This document shows, in pieces, positions 25,227 to 38,919 of a stretch of 64,000 nucleotides of DNA (the first letter of the stretch is position 1; every line of letters starts with the position of its first letter). The stretch lies in contig NC_058368.1 of the NCBI RefSeq assembly GCF_018350175.1, positions 108,874,001 through 108,938,000 of the forward strand, read 5' to 3'. The stretch is from Felis catus. Its lineage: Eukaryota. Below the pieces are notes generated by a model. The model ran no database searches, was not told the DNA's origin, and worked only from the letters and a program-made list of their open reading frames with translations. The position numbers and the translations under genes were made by a program.

Positions 25227-25325
25227 CTGGAAAAATTCTGCTGTTTCTTCTAACAACCCAGTGATCAGCTAACTCCTTTGATTTACTTGGACAATTACAG
25301 GCCCTTTGTCTTCTGTCAGAAATAA
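25227..25325 (-). pseudogene. P4HA2: P4HA2-like exon LFLTEDKGPVIVQVNQRS*LITGLLEETAEFFQ
   Basis: ttccctgttcag|TTATTT...TTTTTCCAG|gtatga; 99 nt; aligns to SWLEEDDDPVVARVNRRMQHITGLTVKTAELLQ with an in-frame TAG at the Gln position. Confidence 0.88.
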
Positions 25326-25696
25326 CTGAACAGGGAAAATCGGGCAGAAGAGGAGGGCCTGAGGAAGAGAGAAAAGGGGACCAATGTGAGTCAGAAGAAG
25401 CAGATGGGGTAGAAAATGAGGGGAGACATGGGGGTTCAGAGGTCATTCCTTCTGCAAACGCCACAACTGTCATTTTTGGCTGAGAAATGCCATATGAGAA
25501 TCTTTAGAATCCTTACAATGTCAGCATTCACAGGGTCCTTTCCAACCTCTCATCTGATGACAATACTGAGATGATAATGTGAAAGTAAACTGCCCAAGTT
25601 TATAAAGCCAGTAAGTGGCAGAGCTGGGACTATAATTCAAGGTTTCAAATTTTTAGTCCTGTACCTTTTATGATGGTAATTAATAAGACCTCCCAA

Positions 25697-27840
25697 ACTT
25701 TTTTTTTAAATTTAAATCCAAGTTAGTTAACATATACTGTAGTATCGGTTTCAGGAACAGAATTTAGTGATTCATCACTTACATATAACACCCAGTGCTC
25801 ATCCCTGCAAGCGCCCTCCTTAATGCCCATCACCCATTTAGCCCATCCCCCCACCCAACACTCCTCCAGCAACCCTCAGTTTTTTCTCTGTATTTAAGAG
25901 TCTCTTATGGGCTGTCTCCCTCTCTGTGTTTATCTTAATTTTCCTTCCCTTCTATGTTCATCTATTTTGTTTCTTAATTTCCACGTATGAGTGAAATCAC
26001 ATATTTGCCTTTCTCTGACTTACTCTGCTTAGCATAATACACTCTAGTTCCATCCATGTTGTTGCAAAAAGCAAAATTTCATTCTTTTTGATTGCTGAGT
26101 AATATTCCATTGTGTGTGTATACATACATATACACACACCACATCTGATGGATGAATGGATAATTCATCAGTTGATGGACATTTGGACTCTTTCCATACT
26201 TTGGCTATTGTTGACATCTGCTATCGACATCTGAGTGCATGTCCCCTTTGAATCAGCACTCCTGTATCCTTTGGAAAAATACCTGGTAGTGCAAATGCTG
26301 GGTCATAGGGAGTTCTATTTTTACTTTTTTGAAGAACCTCCATACTGTTTTCCAGAGTGGCTGTACCAGTTTGCATTCTCACCAGCAGTGCAAAAGGGTC
26401 CCCTTTCCCTACATCCTCCCCATTATCTGTTGTTGTCTGAGTTGTTAATTTTAGCCTTTTTGACAGGTGTGAAGTGGCATCTTATTGTGGTTTTGATTTG
26501 TATTTCCCTGATGATAAGTGACATTGAGCATCTTTTCATGTGTCTGTTAGCCATCTAGATGTCTTCTTCTTCTTTTTCTTAATGTTTATTTATTTTTGAG
26601 AGATAGAGAGGGGAGGAAGGGCAGAGAGAGAGAGGGAGACACAGAATCCAGAACAGGCTCCAGGCTCAGAGCTGTCAGCACAGAGCTTGATGCAGGGCTT
26701 GAACTCACGAACCCCAAGTTCATGACCTGAGCTGAAGTCAGACGCTTAACCAACTGAGCCACAAGTGCCCCAAGGATGTCTTCCTTAGAAAGGTGTCTAT
26801 TCATGTCTTTTGACCATTTCTTCACTGAATTGTTTTTTGGGTACTAGTTTGATAACTTCTTTATAGATTTTGGGTACTAACCCTTTATCTGATATATCAT
26901 TTGCAAATATTTTCTCCCATTCCATAGATTGCCTTTTAGTTTTGCTGACTGTTTCCTTTGCTGTGCAGAAGTCTTTATCTTGATGAGGTCCCAATAGTTA
27001 TGTTTGCTTTTGTTTCCCTTGCCTCTGGAGACATGTCAAGTAAGAAGCTTGCTGCGGCTGAGGTCAAAGAGGTTGTTGCCTGTATTCTCCTCTAGGATTT
27101 TGATGGCCTCCTGTTTCACATTTAAGTCTTTCATCCATTTGGAATTTGGTTTTGTGTATGGTGTAAGAAAGTGGTCCAGTTTCATTCTTCTTCATGTCGC
27201 AATCCACTTTACCCAACACCATTTGCTGAAGAGACTGTCTTTATTCCATTGCATATTCTTGCCTCCTTTGCCAAAGATTAGTTGGCCATAACTTTGTGGG
27301 TCAATTTCTGGGTTTTCTATTCTGTTCCGTTGATCTGTGTGTCTGTTCTTATGCCAGTCTCATACTGTCTGGATGATTACAGCTTTGTAATACAGCTAGA
27401 AGTCTGGAATTGTGATGCCTCCAGGTTTAGGTTTTTTTTTTTGTTTTTGTTTTTGTTTTTTGTTTTTTTTTTTTTCAGGATTGCTTTGGCTATTCAGGGT
27501 CTCTTCTGGTCCCATACATACACATTTTAGGATTATTTGTTCTAGCTTTGTGAAGAATGCTGGTGTCATTTTGATAGGAATTGCATTGAATATGTACATT
27601 GCTTTGAATAGTATTGACATTTTAACAATATTTGTTCTTCCAATCCATCACCATGGAATCTTTTTCCATTTTTTGTGTCTTCTTCAATTTCTTTCATAAG
27701 CTTTCTATAGTTTTCAGGGTATAGTTCTTTTATCTCTTTGTTAGGTTTATTTCTAGGTATCTTAGATTTTTGGTGCAATTGTAAATGCGATCAATTCCTT
27801 GATTTCTCTTTCTGCTGCTTCATTACTGGTGTATAGAAAC
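25697..27840 (-). mobile_element. 5'-truncated carnivore LINE-1 3' portion
   Basis: T tail at ~25698, L1 3' UTR, minus-strand ORF2 fragments (26797..26994, 27396..27620). Confidence 0.88.
26570..26771 (-). mobile_element. Can-SINE in L1
   Basis: Antisense SINE; TSD gatgtcttc. Confidence 0.9.
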
Positions 27841-28170
27841 ATAACTTATCCTTCATTACCCTTTTAATGCCCATAGGATCACTAGTGATGGCCCTTTTTT
27901 GATTTCTGATATTAGTAATTCGTATTTTCTTTTTTATTGATTGCCTGGCTAGAGGCTTATCAATTTTATTCATCTTTCCAAATAATCAGCTTGTGGCTTT
28001 GTTGATTTTCTCTATTGTTTTCCTGTTCAATTTCATTGATGTCTGCTCTAATTTTTATTATTATTTTTCTTAACTTCTGACTTAGTTTGCTCTTATTTCT
28101 TTCCAGTTTCCTAGGATAGAAGCTGAGATTCTTGCTTTTAGATTTTTCTTCTCTTCTAATATAAATATAC

Positions 28171-28222
<52 letters not shown>

Positions 28223-30485
28223 TCAGTGCTACAAACATCCCTCCAATCACTGCTTTTGCTGCATCAAATCTGATAAATTGTATTTTCATTAGATTAAAAT
28301 TTCTAACTTTCTCAAGACTTCTACTTTGACCCATATGTTATTCAAAAGTGCATTGCTTAATCTCCAAATAATTTGGAATTCTCCAGTTTCTTTCTGTTGT
28401 TGATTTCTAGATTAATTCTGTTGTGGTCGGAGAACATACTTTGTATGACTTATATTCTTTTAAATTTGTTAAGATGTGTTTTAAGTCTGAAGATATGATC
28501 TTGGTGAATGTTCCATGTGAGTTTGAGAAGAATATATATATGTAGCCTTTGTTGGATGAAGTATTCTATAAGTGCAAATTAGATTCAACTTACTGATGGT
28601 GTTTTTCAGTTCAACTATGTCATTACTGATTCTCTGCTGGCTCCCTCTGTGAATTACTGATAGTGAAACATATTGAAGTGTCTAACAATAATAGATATTT
28701 CTATTTCTCCTTTAAGTTCTATGAGTTTTTGCTTCATGAGTTTTGATACTATACTGTCAGGAGCACATACATTCAGATTTGTTCTGTCTTCTTGAAGAAT
28801 AAGCTTATTATATAATGCCCTTATTTATTACTGGAATTATCTTTGCTCTGAAATCTGCTTTGTCTGAATTCAATATAATAACTTCAGCTTCCTTTTGTTA
28901 TTCTTTTTAAAGTTTTTTTATTTAAGTAGTCTCTACACCTCATGTGGGGCTCGAACCCACATCAACATCAAGAGTCACATGCTCTCCTGACTGAGCTAGC
29001 CAGGTATCCCCTTCAGCTTCTTTTTGATCAGTGTTAGCTTGGTATATCTTTTTCCAACATGTTACTTCTATTATATATGTGTCTCTGTGTTTACAACAGG
29101 TTTCTTACAGACAATATGTGGTTGGGTCTGTTTTTTTTTAATCCACTCTGATAGTCTCTGTCGTTTAATTGGTGAATTTTGATCATTCTTATTTAAAGTG
29201 TTTTTTAATATAGTTGGATTAATACATACCATATTTGTTATTCTATTCATTGCCCTTATTCTTCGTTTCTTAGTCTTCTAATCTTTTTCTGCCTTCTCTG
29301 GTTTGAGCATTTTATATGATTCCATTTTTTATCTCCTGTTAACATGCCACATCTTCTAAAAAGAACTTTCAGTGGTTGCTTAAGAGTTTGCAACCAATTC
29401 AAGTCCACTTATAAGTAACGATCTACTGCTTCATGGTTGGTGCACATACCTCATAATGGAGTATTCCCAATTTTCCCCTTTCATCCCTTATAACATTTCT
29501 GTCATTCATTTCACTTATGCATAAACTATAATCACCTAACATATACTGCTGCTATTATTACTTTGAACAAACTTATCTGTTAGACCAGGTCTAAGATAGA
29601 CAAGTAGAAGATTTTATTTTGGGGGGAAAAAGATTTTATTTCACCTTCATTAATTTCTCAAAGACCCTTTCTTTATATAGACTCAAATTTCTAACTTATA
29701 TCATTTTCCTTCTTTCTAAAGAACTTCTTTTAACATATCTTGCAAGGTAGGTCTGCCAGAAACAACTCACTCAATTTTTGTCTGATAAAGTCTTTATTTC
29801 ACCTTACTATTTAAGGATAATTTCACTGGATACAGAATTCTAGTTTGGTTGTTTTTTTCTTCCAACACTTTAAACATTTTACTCCTTTCTCTTCTTGCTT
29901 ACATAATTCTGAACAGAAATCTGATGTAATTTTTACCCTTAAAGCTCTATAGTAAAGGTGGTTTTTTTCTCTATGGCACCACATAAGATTTTTTGTCTTT
30001 TATTCTGTGCAGTGTGAATGTGAAATGCCTAAGTGTAGAACTTTTGGTATTTTTCCTGCTTGGAATTCCCTGAGATCATTGGATCTGTAGTTTGGTATCT
30101 GACCTTACTTTCAGAAAATTCTAAGCCATTATTACCTGAAATATTTTTTCTCCTCATTTTGTTCTTTCTTATCTTTCTGCTGTTCTCACTGTGCATATGT
30201 TACTCCTTTTGTAATTTCCCCACAATTCTTACATATTATGTGTTTTACATAAATTTTCTCTTCAGTTTGGAAAATTTCTGTTAACACATCTTCAAATCTC
30301 ATTGCTTCTTTGCTCAGCCCTTCCAATATGCTGATAAGCCCATTGAAACCTTTTTCATTTCTGTTACAATACCTTTAGTTCTAGCATTTCTGTTTGAAAC
30401 TTTCTTAGAAGTTCCAACTCTCTGCTTATATTATCCATCTGTTCTTGCATATTGTCCACTTTTTCCATCAAAACCCTTAGCATAA
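27841..30485 (-). mobile_element. Old mammalian L1 fragment (ORF1 to ORF2 5' region)
   Basis: Minus-strand remnants [10 protein letters not shown] and KIRADINEIE; T-rich degenerate L1 body. Confidence 0.7.
28910..29011 (-). mobile_element. Short tRNA-derived Can-SINE
   Basis: ggggctcgaaccc...aagagtcacatgctc...gactgagctagccagg; TSD cttcagctt. Confidence 0.8.
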
Positions 30486-31084
30486 AGGAAAACCGGGGGA
30501 ATTCAAGATGTTCACAGACAGCATTAATGATCCAAACATAGACTCAGAACTCTAGAATGCCACACACATGTACAGTACTGTGTATAATACCAAGAAAGAC
30601 CTAAGTAGGCCCTAATTTCTCATGTCCCACGGTCCTTGAGTCTCTGAACAGGCCAGATGTGAAAGTTAAGGCAGAATTGTAAACTGCCTGCCAGAATATT
30701 GAAGGTGTGCCCTGACACCCACACAAGTCCATCAGAAAAGGCTGAGAGACTTTTGGTTCCAGATATCTAAGGAAATACTGGTCTAACAATTAGCTGACCT
30801 GCAAACTAACCAAGCAGAGATGTAAGAGGCCACACAAGAAAATAAATACATACAATATAGAATGACACTGTGAAAGTCACTCACAAACAGCACAAACAAC
30901 AACAAACGCTGGGAATTGGATGAGCGGGAATCTAATTTCCAGAGTTCCCATACTACAAGATTTTAAATTTCCAATTTCACACCCTAAAAATACAAAAAAT
31001 GCAAAGAAACATGAACATATGGTTCTTACACAGAAGAAAAGCAGTCTGCAAGCCCATAACTGGACTTAGTTAATAAGAATTTTT

Positions 31085-31132
31085 AAGAAATATTTATTTA
31101 TTTTTGAGAGAGAGAGAGACAGAGACAGAGAG

Positions 31133-31187
<55 letters not shown>

Positions 31188-31352
31188 GAGAATGAGTGGG
31201 GGAGTGGCAGAGACAGAGGGACCAAATCCAAAGCGACTCCAGGCTCTTAGCTTTCAGCACAGAGCCCAACACAGGGCTCAAATCCATGAACCACAAGATC
31301 ATGACATGGGCCAAAGTTGGATGCTCAACCGACTGAGCCACCCAGGTATCCC
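31085..31352 (-). mobile_element. Can-SINE with (GA)n
   Basis: Antisense head ...gactgagccacccaggtatccc. Confidence 0.9.
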
Positions 31353-31432
31353 AATTAATAAGACTTTAAGCCAGCTATTATAGTAAATATTTTCAAAGAA
31401 TTACAGGCAACCATGTCTGAAATGCTAAAAGG

Positions 31433-31478
<46 letters not shown>
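31433..31478. repeat. (CA)n microsatellite
   Basis: Perfect dinucleotide run. Confidence 0.95.
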
Positions 31479-31480
<2 letters not shown>

Positions 31481-31652
31481 AATGATACCTTACCAAAGAA
31501 AGAATATCAATAAAAAGAGTAAAAGTATAAAAAAAGAACCAATAGCAACTCTGGTTGAAAAATAATGAGTTGAAAATAATGAGTTGAAAAATAAAAGAAC
31601 TGCAATATAAAATTCACTAGCAGATTTGAACTGGCATAAAAAAGAATCACTA

Positions 31653-31857
31653 AGGGTGCCTGGGTGTCTCAGTCAGTTAAGCATCCAACTCTTGATTTCA
31701 GTTCAGGTCATGACCTCTCAGTTTCTGGGTTTGAGCCCTGCACTGCACTCTGCACTGACAGTGTGCAGCCTGCTTGGGATTCTTTCCCTCTCTCTCTCTG
31801 CCCCCTGATAATGTGCTCTCTCTCTCTGTCAAGAATAAATAGATAAATTTAAAAAAA
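31653..31857 (+). mobile_element. Can-SINE
   Basis: Canonical head; TSD-like aaaa(g)aatcact. Confidence 0.9.
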
Positions 31858-34721
31858 TCACTGAACTTGAAGACAGGTCAAATAAGATTACCCAGTATAC
31901 AGAAGAGAGAGGAAAACAATGAATAAAAACAAGAGAGTCTGAGGTAAAAGGGAGTAGGATACTGAAGTAAGAAAATCCAGGAATCTCTCTCTACCTCAAC
32001 AATAATTGCACTGCCAGAAGTTGTCTGAAGTGACTGCTGAAAGTGTGCAGCTTCCTGAGGAATGCTTGTTTGGTAAACTGCAGTTATTATCATTTGATAT
32101 CAGATCTCAGTAGAGTTTCAGCTACCCATCCCTGTGGCAACCCATATTTCTGCATGGCTGAAGCCAGAGTGGGTAATAAAGACTTTATCCTCCAAATATC
32201 AAGATTCTCAGTTCTGAATGAAGACTACTATTTCTGATTGCTGCCAGAGGCTCGCTGGCATTGTTCCAATCCACATGAGCTATAGCAGTGTCCTGAAGAT
32301 TTAAAGAAGCGTATCTATTTTTACAACATTAAAAAACTGCACAGAATTAAGAGTAGGGGAACCCTATGCTTGACTCGTCTCTCAAACACAGCTAGGTAAA
32401 TACCAAACCATTTTCAGCACCCAAGAAATTTACCTGAGGACTGAGAAAACAAACTGTATATGAAGAAGGAGAAAAATAGTCACATCATGGAAAGTAGGAG
32501 GTGCAAAGAGTTGATTTGGTGGAGAAAAGATCTGCAGGTGCTGTAGAATGGAGGGAGCCCTGTGCACAGAGAGAGGAGAAAGAGAAAACAGTGTTCAGGG
32601 TATGACACAAGAAAAATACTTCCCCAAAACCAATGACTGGGAAAAAGAAAGGGGCTGATTATCACAAATTTTTAAAAGCAGTGGAGCTCAACGTCTAAAG
32701 TTTTAAAAGTTCCCACCATTGCTGGGGTTGGGCCAGGTGGGCTTAGCAATGCTCCTGTGGAGAAGGAGGGCTGAGGCCTGGGAAGGCAGCATGGTTTAAA
32801 GATCCCCTGGATCACACTGAGGGAGACAGTTTCCCTTCTTGGAGTGCATTTAGAAAAGCTGGCATTGTCCCTCAGGGGACAAGAGACAGTGGGCACCATT
32901 TACTAGCCCAATAACTAGCAAAGCAGTAGAGGCACCTGCTGAAGGCATGTAACCTGAAGCCAGCTTTTGGCTGTGCTTTACCACAAACTCCAAGCCCCTA
33001 CATAGTCGTACAACTGCTTTTCTGGGGCAAACTGGCACCAGCCACAAAATGGCAAGATCCTCCCACAGAGGATCCACAGAGGATCAGTGTGAGCCCATGC
33101 CATGCTGAGTCCCTAAAATTTGGAATTTTGAAACCCAACTGTGCGCCTGAAATAAAGCATAGGATCACTGTGCTGCCAGGTAGAGATGTCTAGGACACAG
33201 ACAGGATGAAGGCAGGGTTCTGATGGAAGCCTGGAAAGCAAGAGGGAAGATTGTTTGCTCTTCTGTGAGGGAAGAGGGCTTCTGTGAGGGCTTCCTGAAC
33301 AGCAGCAGGCACAAACTCCCCTCTCTGGGGAGGAGAGACCAGGGTGATGCCATTTCCCCCCATCAATCAGCATAGACAGACTTCTCTGAGCAACACAGCT
33401 CCCTTAGTCAGAGGGAGAAGCCACTTACATCAAGCTCTGTCCACATGGGCCCTGCAGGTGCATCTTTACTAGGGCAAGTCAGCTGGAGACCCAGCACAGC
33501 AGTCCCCTCCCCCAGAAGACTAGCACAAATCCTTTGCACACACCAAGTCTACTGATCATAGTGTTCTGCAAAGCTTCAGCTCTAGAGGAAATAGGATCTA
33601 GCCTCTTTAACCAGCAGACCAAAACATAACTAGTTAGAACTTGACACACAGTGGACAAGGTCCAAACACGCATTGCAGGCAAGGAGAAACTTCAGAGCAC
33701 TGACCTGAGGGAAAGAGCAGGCAAAGCAGAACAGAGTGCACATTGTGAAATACTTTCTGAAGCGCCAGACTGTGGACAGTATTGGACTTCTTCTTAATAT
33801 AGCCATTACTTTCAGGAACAGGAAATATAACAGGCTTTCCTAAGAGCAACAACGAAAAAAGTGACCTACAGAAAATGACAAGACAAAGGAATTCACTCCC
33901 CAAAAAAGAACAGGAAGAAGTCACAGCCAGGAATCTAATCAAAACAGAGAGAAGTAATATGCCTGAATCAGAATTTTAAAACAAAAGTCATAAGGATACT
34001 AGCTGGGTTTGAGAAAAGCATAGAAGACATAGAGCATCTCTTACTGCAGAGATTAAAGAAACTCAAAACTAGTCAGGCTGAAATAAAAAAAATGATATAT
34101 AACCGAGAAACAAAACCAACTACATGCAATGACAACAAGGATGGACGAACAAGAGGAATGAATCAATGATATAGAAGATAAAATTATGTAAAATAATGAA
34201 GCTGAAAAGAAGAAGGAGAGAAAAGTATTAGATCACAAATGTAGATTTAAGGAACTCAGCAATTCCATAAAGCATAAAATTCATATCTTATATGAATATC
34301 TTATATCTGATATGATAGATTCATATCAAAGGAGTTTCAGAGGAAGAGAGGGATAAAAGAGCAGAATGTTTATTTGAGCATATTATAGCTGAAAGCTTCC
34401 CTGATCTGGAAAAGGAAACAGTCATCCAAATCCAGGAAGCACAGACAACTCCCATAAAATTCAACAAAAGCCAGCCAACACCAAGACATATCAAAGTAAA
34501 ATACAAAAAATACAGGGATAAAGGAAAGAATACTGAAAGTAGCAAGGGAAAGGAAATCCCTATCTTACAAGGGAAGACAATCAGGTTAGCAGCAGACCTA
34601 TCAACAGAATCTGTGCAGGGCAGAAGTGAGTGACATGATATATTCAACATATTGAATGGAAAAAACGTGCAGCTAAGTACACTTTATCTAGCAAGACTGT
34701 CATTCAGAATAGAAGGAGAGA

Positions 34722-34950
34722 GGGGCGCCTGGGTGGCACAGTCGGTTAAGCGTCCGACTTCAGCCAGGTCACGATCTCGCAGTCTGTGGGTTCGAGCCCC
34801 GCGTCAGGCTCTGGGCTGATGGCTCAGAGCCTGGAGCCTGTTTCCGATTCTGTGTCTCCCTCTCTCTCTGCCCCTCCCCCGTTCATGCTCTGTCTCTCTC
34901 TGTCCCAAAAATAAATAAAAGTTGAAAAAAAAATTAAAAAAAAAAAAAAA
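34722..34950 (+). mobile_element. Young cat-type SINE (CpG-rich)
   Basis: ggggcgcctgggtggcacagtcggttaagcgtccg; TSD agaatagaaggagagag. Confidence 0.95.
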
Positions 34951-37352
34951 AGAATAGAAGGAGAGAGAGTTTCCCAGACAAACAAAAACTAAAGGAGTTC
35001 ATGACCACTAAACCAGCCCTGCAAGAAATGTTAAAGTGGACCTGTTCAGTGGGAAATTAAAAAAAAAAAAAAAAAAGGACTAGAAAGGAACAGAGAAAAT
35101 CTTCAGAAAGAGTGACTTTACAATTAATATAATGCCACTCAATGCTTATCTAGCTATAATTAGTCTGAATGTAAATGGACTAAGTACTTCAATCAAAAGA
35201 CATAGGGTGTCAGAACGGATTTTAAAAAAAGGACTCATCTATACACTTCCTATAAGAGATTCATTTTAGACCTAAAGACACCTCCAGGTTGAAAGGGAGT
35301 GGAGACCCATCTATCATGCTAATGGCTGTCAAAATAGAGCTAGAGTAGCCATACTTATATCAGACAAAATTACATTTTAAAACAAAGATTATAACTAAAG
35401 ATGATGAAGGGCATTATTTCATAATTAAGGGGACTATCCAACAAGATCTAATAACTGTAAATACTTATGCCCCCAACTTGAAGGTACTCAAATATATAAA
35501 TCAATTAACAACAAACATAAAGAAACTCATTGATAATAATATAATAATAGTAGGGGACTTTAACACCCCACTTACAACAATTGAGGATCATCTAAGCAGG
35601 AAGTCAACAAGGAAACAGCGGCTTTGAATGACACACTGGGCCAGATGGACTTAATGGATATATTCAGAACATTTCTTCTTAAAGCAGCAGAATACACATT
35701 CTTTTTAAATGCATTCTGGAACATTCTCCAGAATAGATCACATACTGGATCACAAATCAGACCTGAACAATTCAAAAAAGACTGAGATCATACCATGCAT
35801 ATTTTCAGACCACAACTCTATGAAACTTGAAGTCAGGCACAAGAAAAAAATTGGAAATACCACAGACATATGGGGCTTAAAGAAAATTCTACTAAAGAAT
35901 GAATGGGTTAGCCAGGAAATTAAAGAATAAAAAAACAATATATGGAAGCAAATGAAAATGAAAACACGACAGTCCAAAACCTTCGAGATGCAGCAAAGGT
36001 GGTCATAAAAAGAAAGTATATAGCCTGGTGTGAAGCCTACCTCAAGAAGTAAGAAAGGTCTCAAATACAAAACCTAACCTTACAACTAAAGGAGCTAGAA
36101 AAGGAACAGCAAACAAAGCCTAAAACCAGAATAAGAAGGGAAATAATAAAGATTAGAGCAGAAATAAATAAATAATAAATAAATTAGAGCAAACAAACAA
36201 AAATGAAACTAAAAGCTGGTTCTTTGAAGGAATAAACAAAATTGATAAACCCCTAGCCATACTTCTCAAAAAGAAAAGAGAAAGGACCCAAATAGACAAA
36301 ATCATGAACGAAAGAGGGGAGGTCACAACCAACACCACAGAAATACAAACAATTATAAGAGAATACTATGAAAAATTATATGTCAACAAACTGGGAAATC
36401 TGGAAGAAATGGACAAACTCCTAGAAATTCACATACTACCAAAACTGAAACAGGAAGAAATAGAAAATTTGAACAGACCCATAACCAGAAAAGAAACTGA
36501 ATCAGTAATCAAATATTTCCCAACAAACAAAACTCCAGGGCCAGATGGCTTCCCAAGAGAATTCTACCAGACATATAAAGAGTTAATACCTATCCTTCTC
36601 AAAATTTTCCAAAAAAATAGAAATAGAAGGAAAACTTCCAAACTCTTTCTACAAAGCCAGTGTTACCTTGATTCCAAAACCAGACAACGACCCCACTAAA
36701 AAAGAGAATTCTAAACAAGATATTAGCAAGTTGAATTCAACAGTATATTATAAGAATTATTCAACATGATCAAGTGGGATTTATTCCTGGGCTGCAGGAC
36801 TGGTTCAAAATTCATAAATCAATCAATTTGATACCTCACAGTAATAAAATAAAGGACAAGAGCCATATGATCCTGTCAATAGACACACAAAAAGCATTTG
36901 ACAAAATGCAGCATCCATTCTTGATTAAAAAAAAAAAAAAAAAAACAACCCGCAACAAAGTAGAGACAGGGGGAACATATCTCAACATGATAAAGGCCAT
37001 ATATGAAAGACCCACAGTTGATATAATCTTCAAAGGGGAAAAACTGAGGGTTTTCCTCTATGGTCAGAAACAAGACATGTTATGTCCACTCTCATCAGTG
37101 TTATTTAACATAGTCCTGGAAGTCCTACCCTCAGCAATGAAGCAAAAAGAAATAAAAAGCATCCAGATTGGCAACAAAAATTTCACTATTTGCAGATGAC
37201 ATGATACTCTATACAGAAAACCCAAAAGACTCTACCAAAAAACTACTAGAATTGATACACGAATTCAGCAAAGTCACAGGATATAAAATCAATGCACAGA
37301 AGTCTGTTGCATTTCTATACACCAATAATGAAGCAGCAGAAAGAGAAATCAA

Positions 37353-37538
37353 AGGTGTGCCTGGGTGGCTCAGTCAGTTAAGCATCCGACTCCTCATTTC
37401 AGCTCATGTCATGATCTCACTGTTTTTGGATTCAAACCCAGGTCGGGCTCTGTGCTCTCCCTCTCTTTCTGCCTCTCCCCTTCTCACAATCTCTCTCCTT
37501 CTTTCTCTCTCAAAAATAAATACTTGGGGGGAAAAAAA
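37353..37538 (+). mobile_element. Can-SINE in L1 ORF2
   Basis: Canonical head; TSD aaagagaaat. Confidence 0.88.
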
Positions 37539-38919
37539 GAGAAATTGAGGAATCAATCCCATTTACAACTGCACCAAAAACGATGAGATACTAGGAATAA
37601 AACTAGCCAAAAAGGTAAAAGATCTATACTCTGAAAAATACAGAACACTTATGAAAGAAATTGAAGAGGACATGAAGAAATGGAAAAACATTCCATGCTC
37701 ATGGATTAGAAGAACAAATATTGTTAAAATGTCTATACTACCCAAAGCTATCTACACATTTAATGCAATCCCAATTAAAATACCACCAGATTATTTCACA
37801 GAGCTAGAACAAACAATCCTAAAATTTGTATGGAACCATAAAATACAGTAAATAGCCAAAGCAATTCCCAAAAAAGAAAACCAAAGCTGGAGGCATCAAA
37901 ATTCCACACTTCTAGATGTATCACAAAGCTGTAATCATTAAGACAGTATGGGACTGTCATAGATCAATGGAACAGAATAGAAAACCCAGAAATGTACCCA
38001 CAAAGGTATGGCCAGCTAATATTTGACAAAGGAGGCAAGAATATGCAATAGAAGAAAAGACAGTCTCTTCAGCAAATGGTGTTGGGAAAACTGGATTGCA
38101 ACATGAAGAAGAATGAAACTAGACCACTTTCTTACACCATACACACAAAAAAATTCCAAATGGATGAAAGACTTTTGCGTGAGACAGGAAGCCATCAAAA
38201 TCCTAGAGGAGAACACAGGCAACAACCTCTCTGACCTCAGCCAGAGCAACTTCTTACTAGACATATTGCCAGAGTCAAGAGAAATAAAAGCAAACATTAA
38301 CTACTGTGACTTCATCAAGATAAAAACCTGCACAGCGAAGACAACAATCCACAGAACTAAAAGACAACCTATGGAATGGGAGAAGATATCTGCAAATGAC
38401 ATATATGATAAAGAGTTAGTATCCAAAATCTATAAAGAAGTTATCAAACTCAACATCCAAAAAATAAATAATCCAATTAAGAAAGGAATAGAAGACATGA
38501 ACAGACATTTTTTCCAAAGACGCCCAGATGGCTAACAGGCACATGAAAAGATGTTCAACATCACTCATCACCAGGGAAATACAAATCAAAACTATGATAC
38601 CACCTCAGAGCTGTCAGAATGGCTAAAATTAACAACATAGGAAACAGATGTTGGTGAGGAAGCAGAGAAAGGGGAACACTCTTACGCTCTTGGTAGAAAT
38701 GCAAAATGGTGCAACCACTCTGGAAAACAGTAGGGAAGGGCCTCAAAAAGTTAAAATACAACTACCCTATGGCCCAGCAATTGCACCACTAGGTATTTAC
38801 CCAAAGACAAAACTGATTCATAGAGCACAAACACCCCAATGTTTATAGCAGCATTATCAACAATAGCCAAACTATGGAAAGAGCCCAAACGTCCACTGAC
38901 TGATGAAAGGGAATGGATA

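Larger units (their letters stand above)
5285..25325 (-). pseudogene. P4HA2: Unprocessed (intron-containing) duplicated pseudogene of prolyl 4-hydroxylase alpha subunit, P4HA2-like; 3' part (catalytic domain exons + 3' UTR)
   Basis: Six collinear minus-strand exons translate to the C-terminal catalytic domain of P4HA2 in the correct order, mostly with AG/GT boundaries. Lesions: a nonsense codon, at least two frameshifts, one dead donor and one dead acceptor. The symbol names the parent; this is a paralogous copy, not the functional gene. Confidence 0.92.
30486..32300 (+). mobile_element. Old mammalian L1 5' UTR/ORF1-like fragments with inserted SINEs
   Basis: L1M-type 5' UTR/ORF1 motifs similar to those at 10860-12090; appears to continue after the nested L1 at ~39440. 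Confidence 0.55.
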
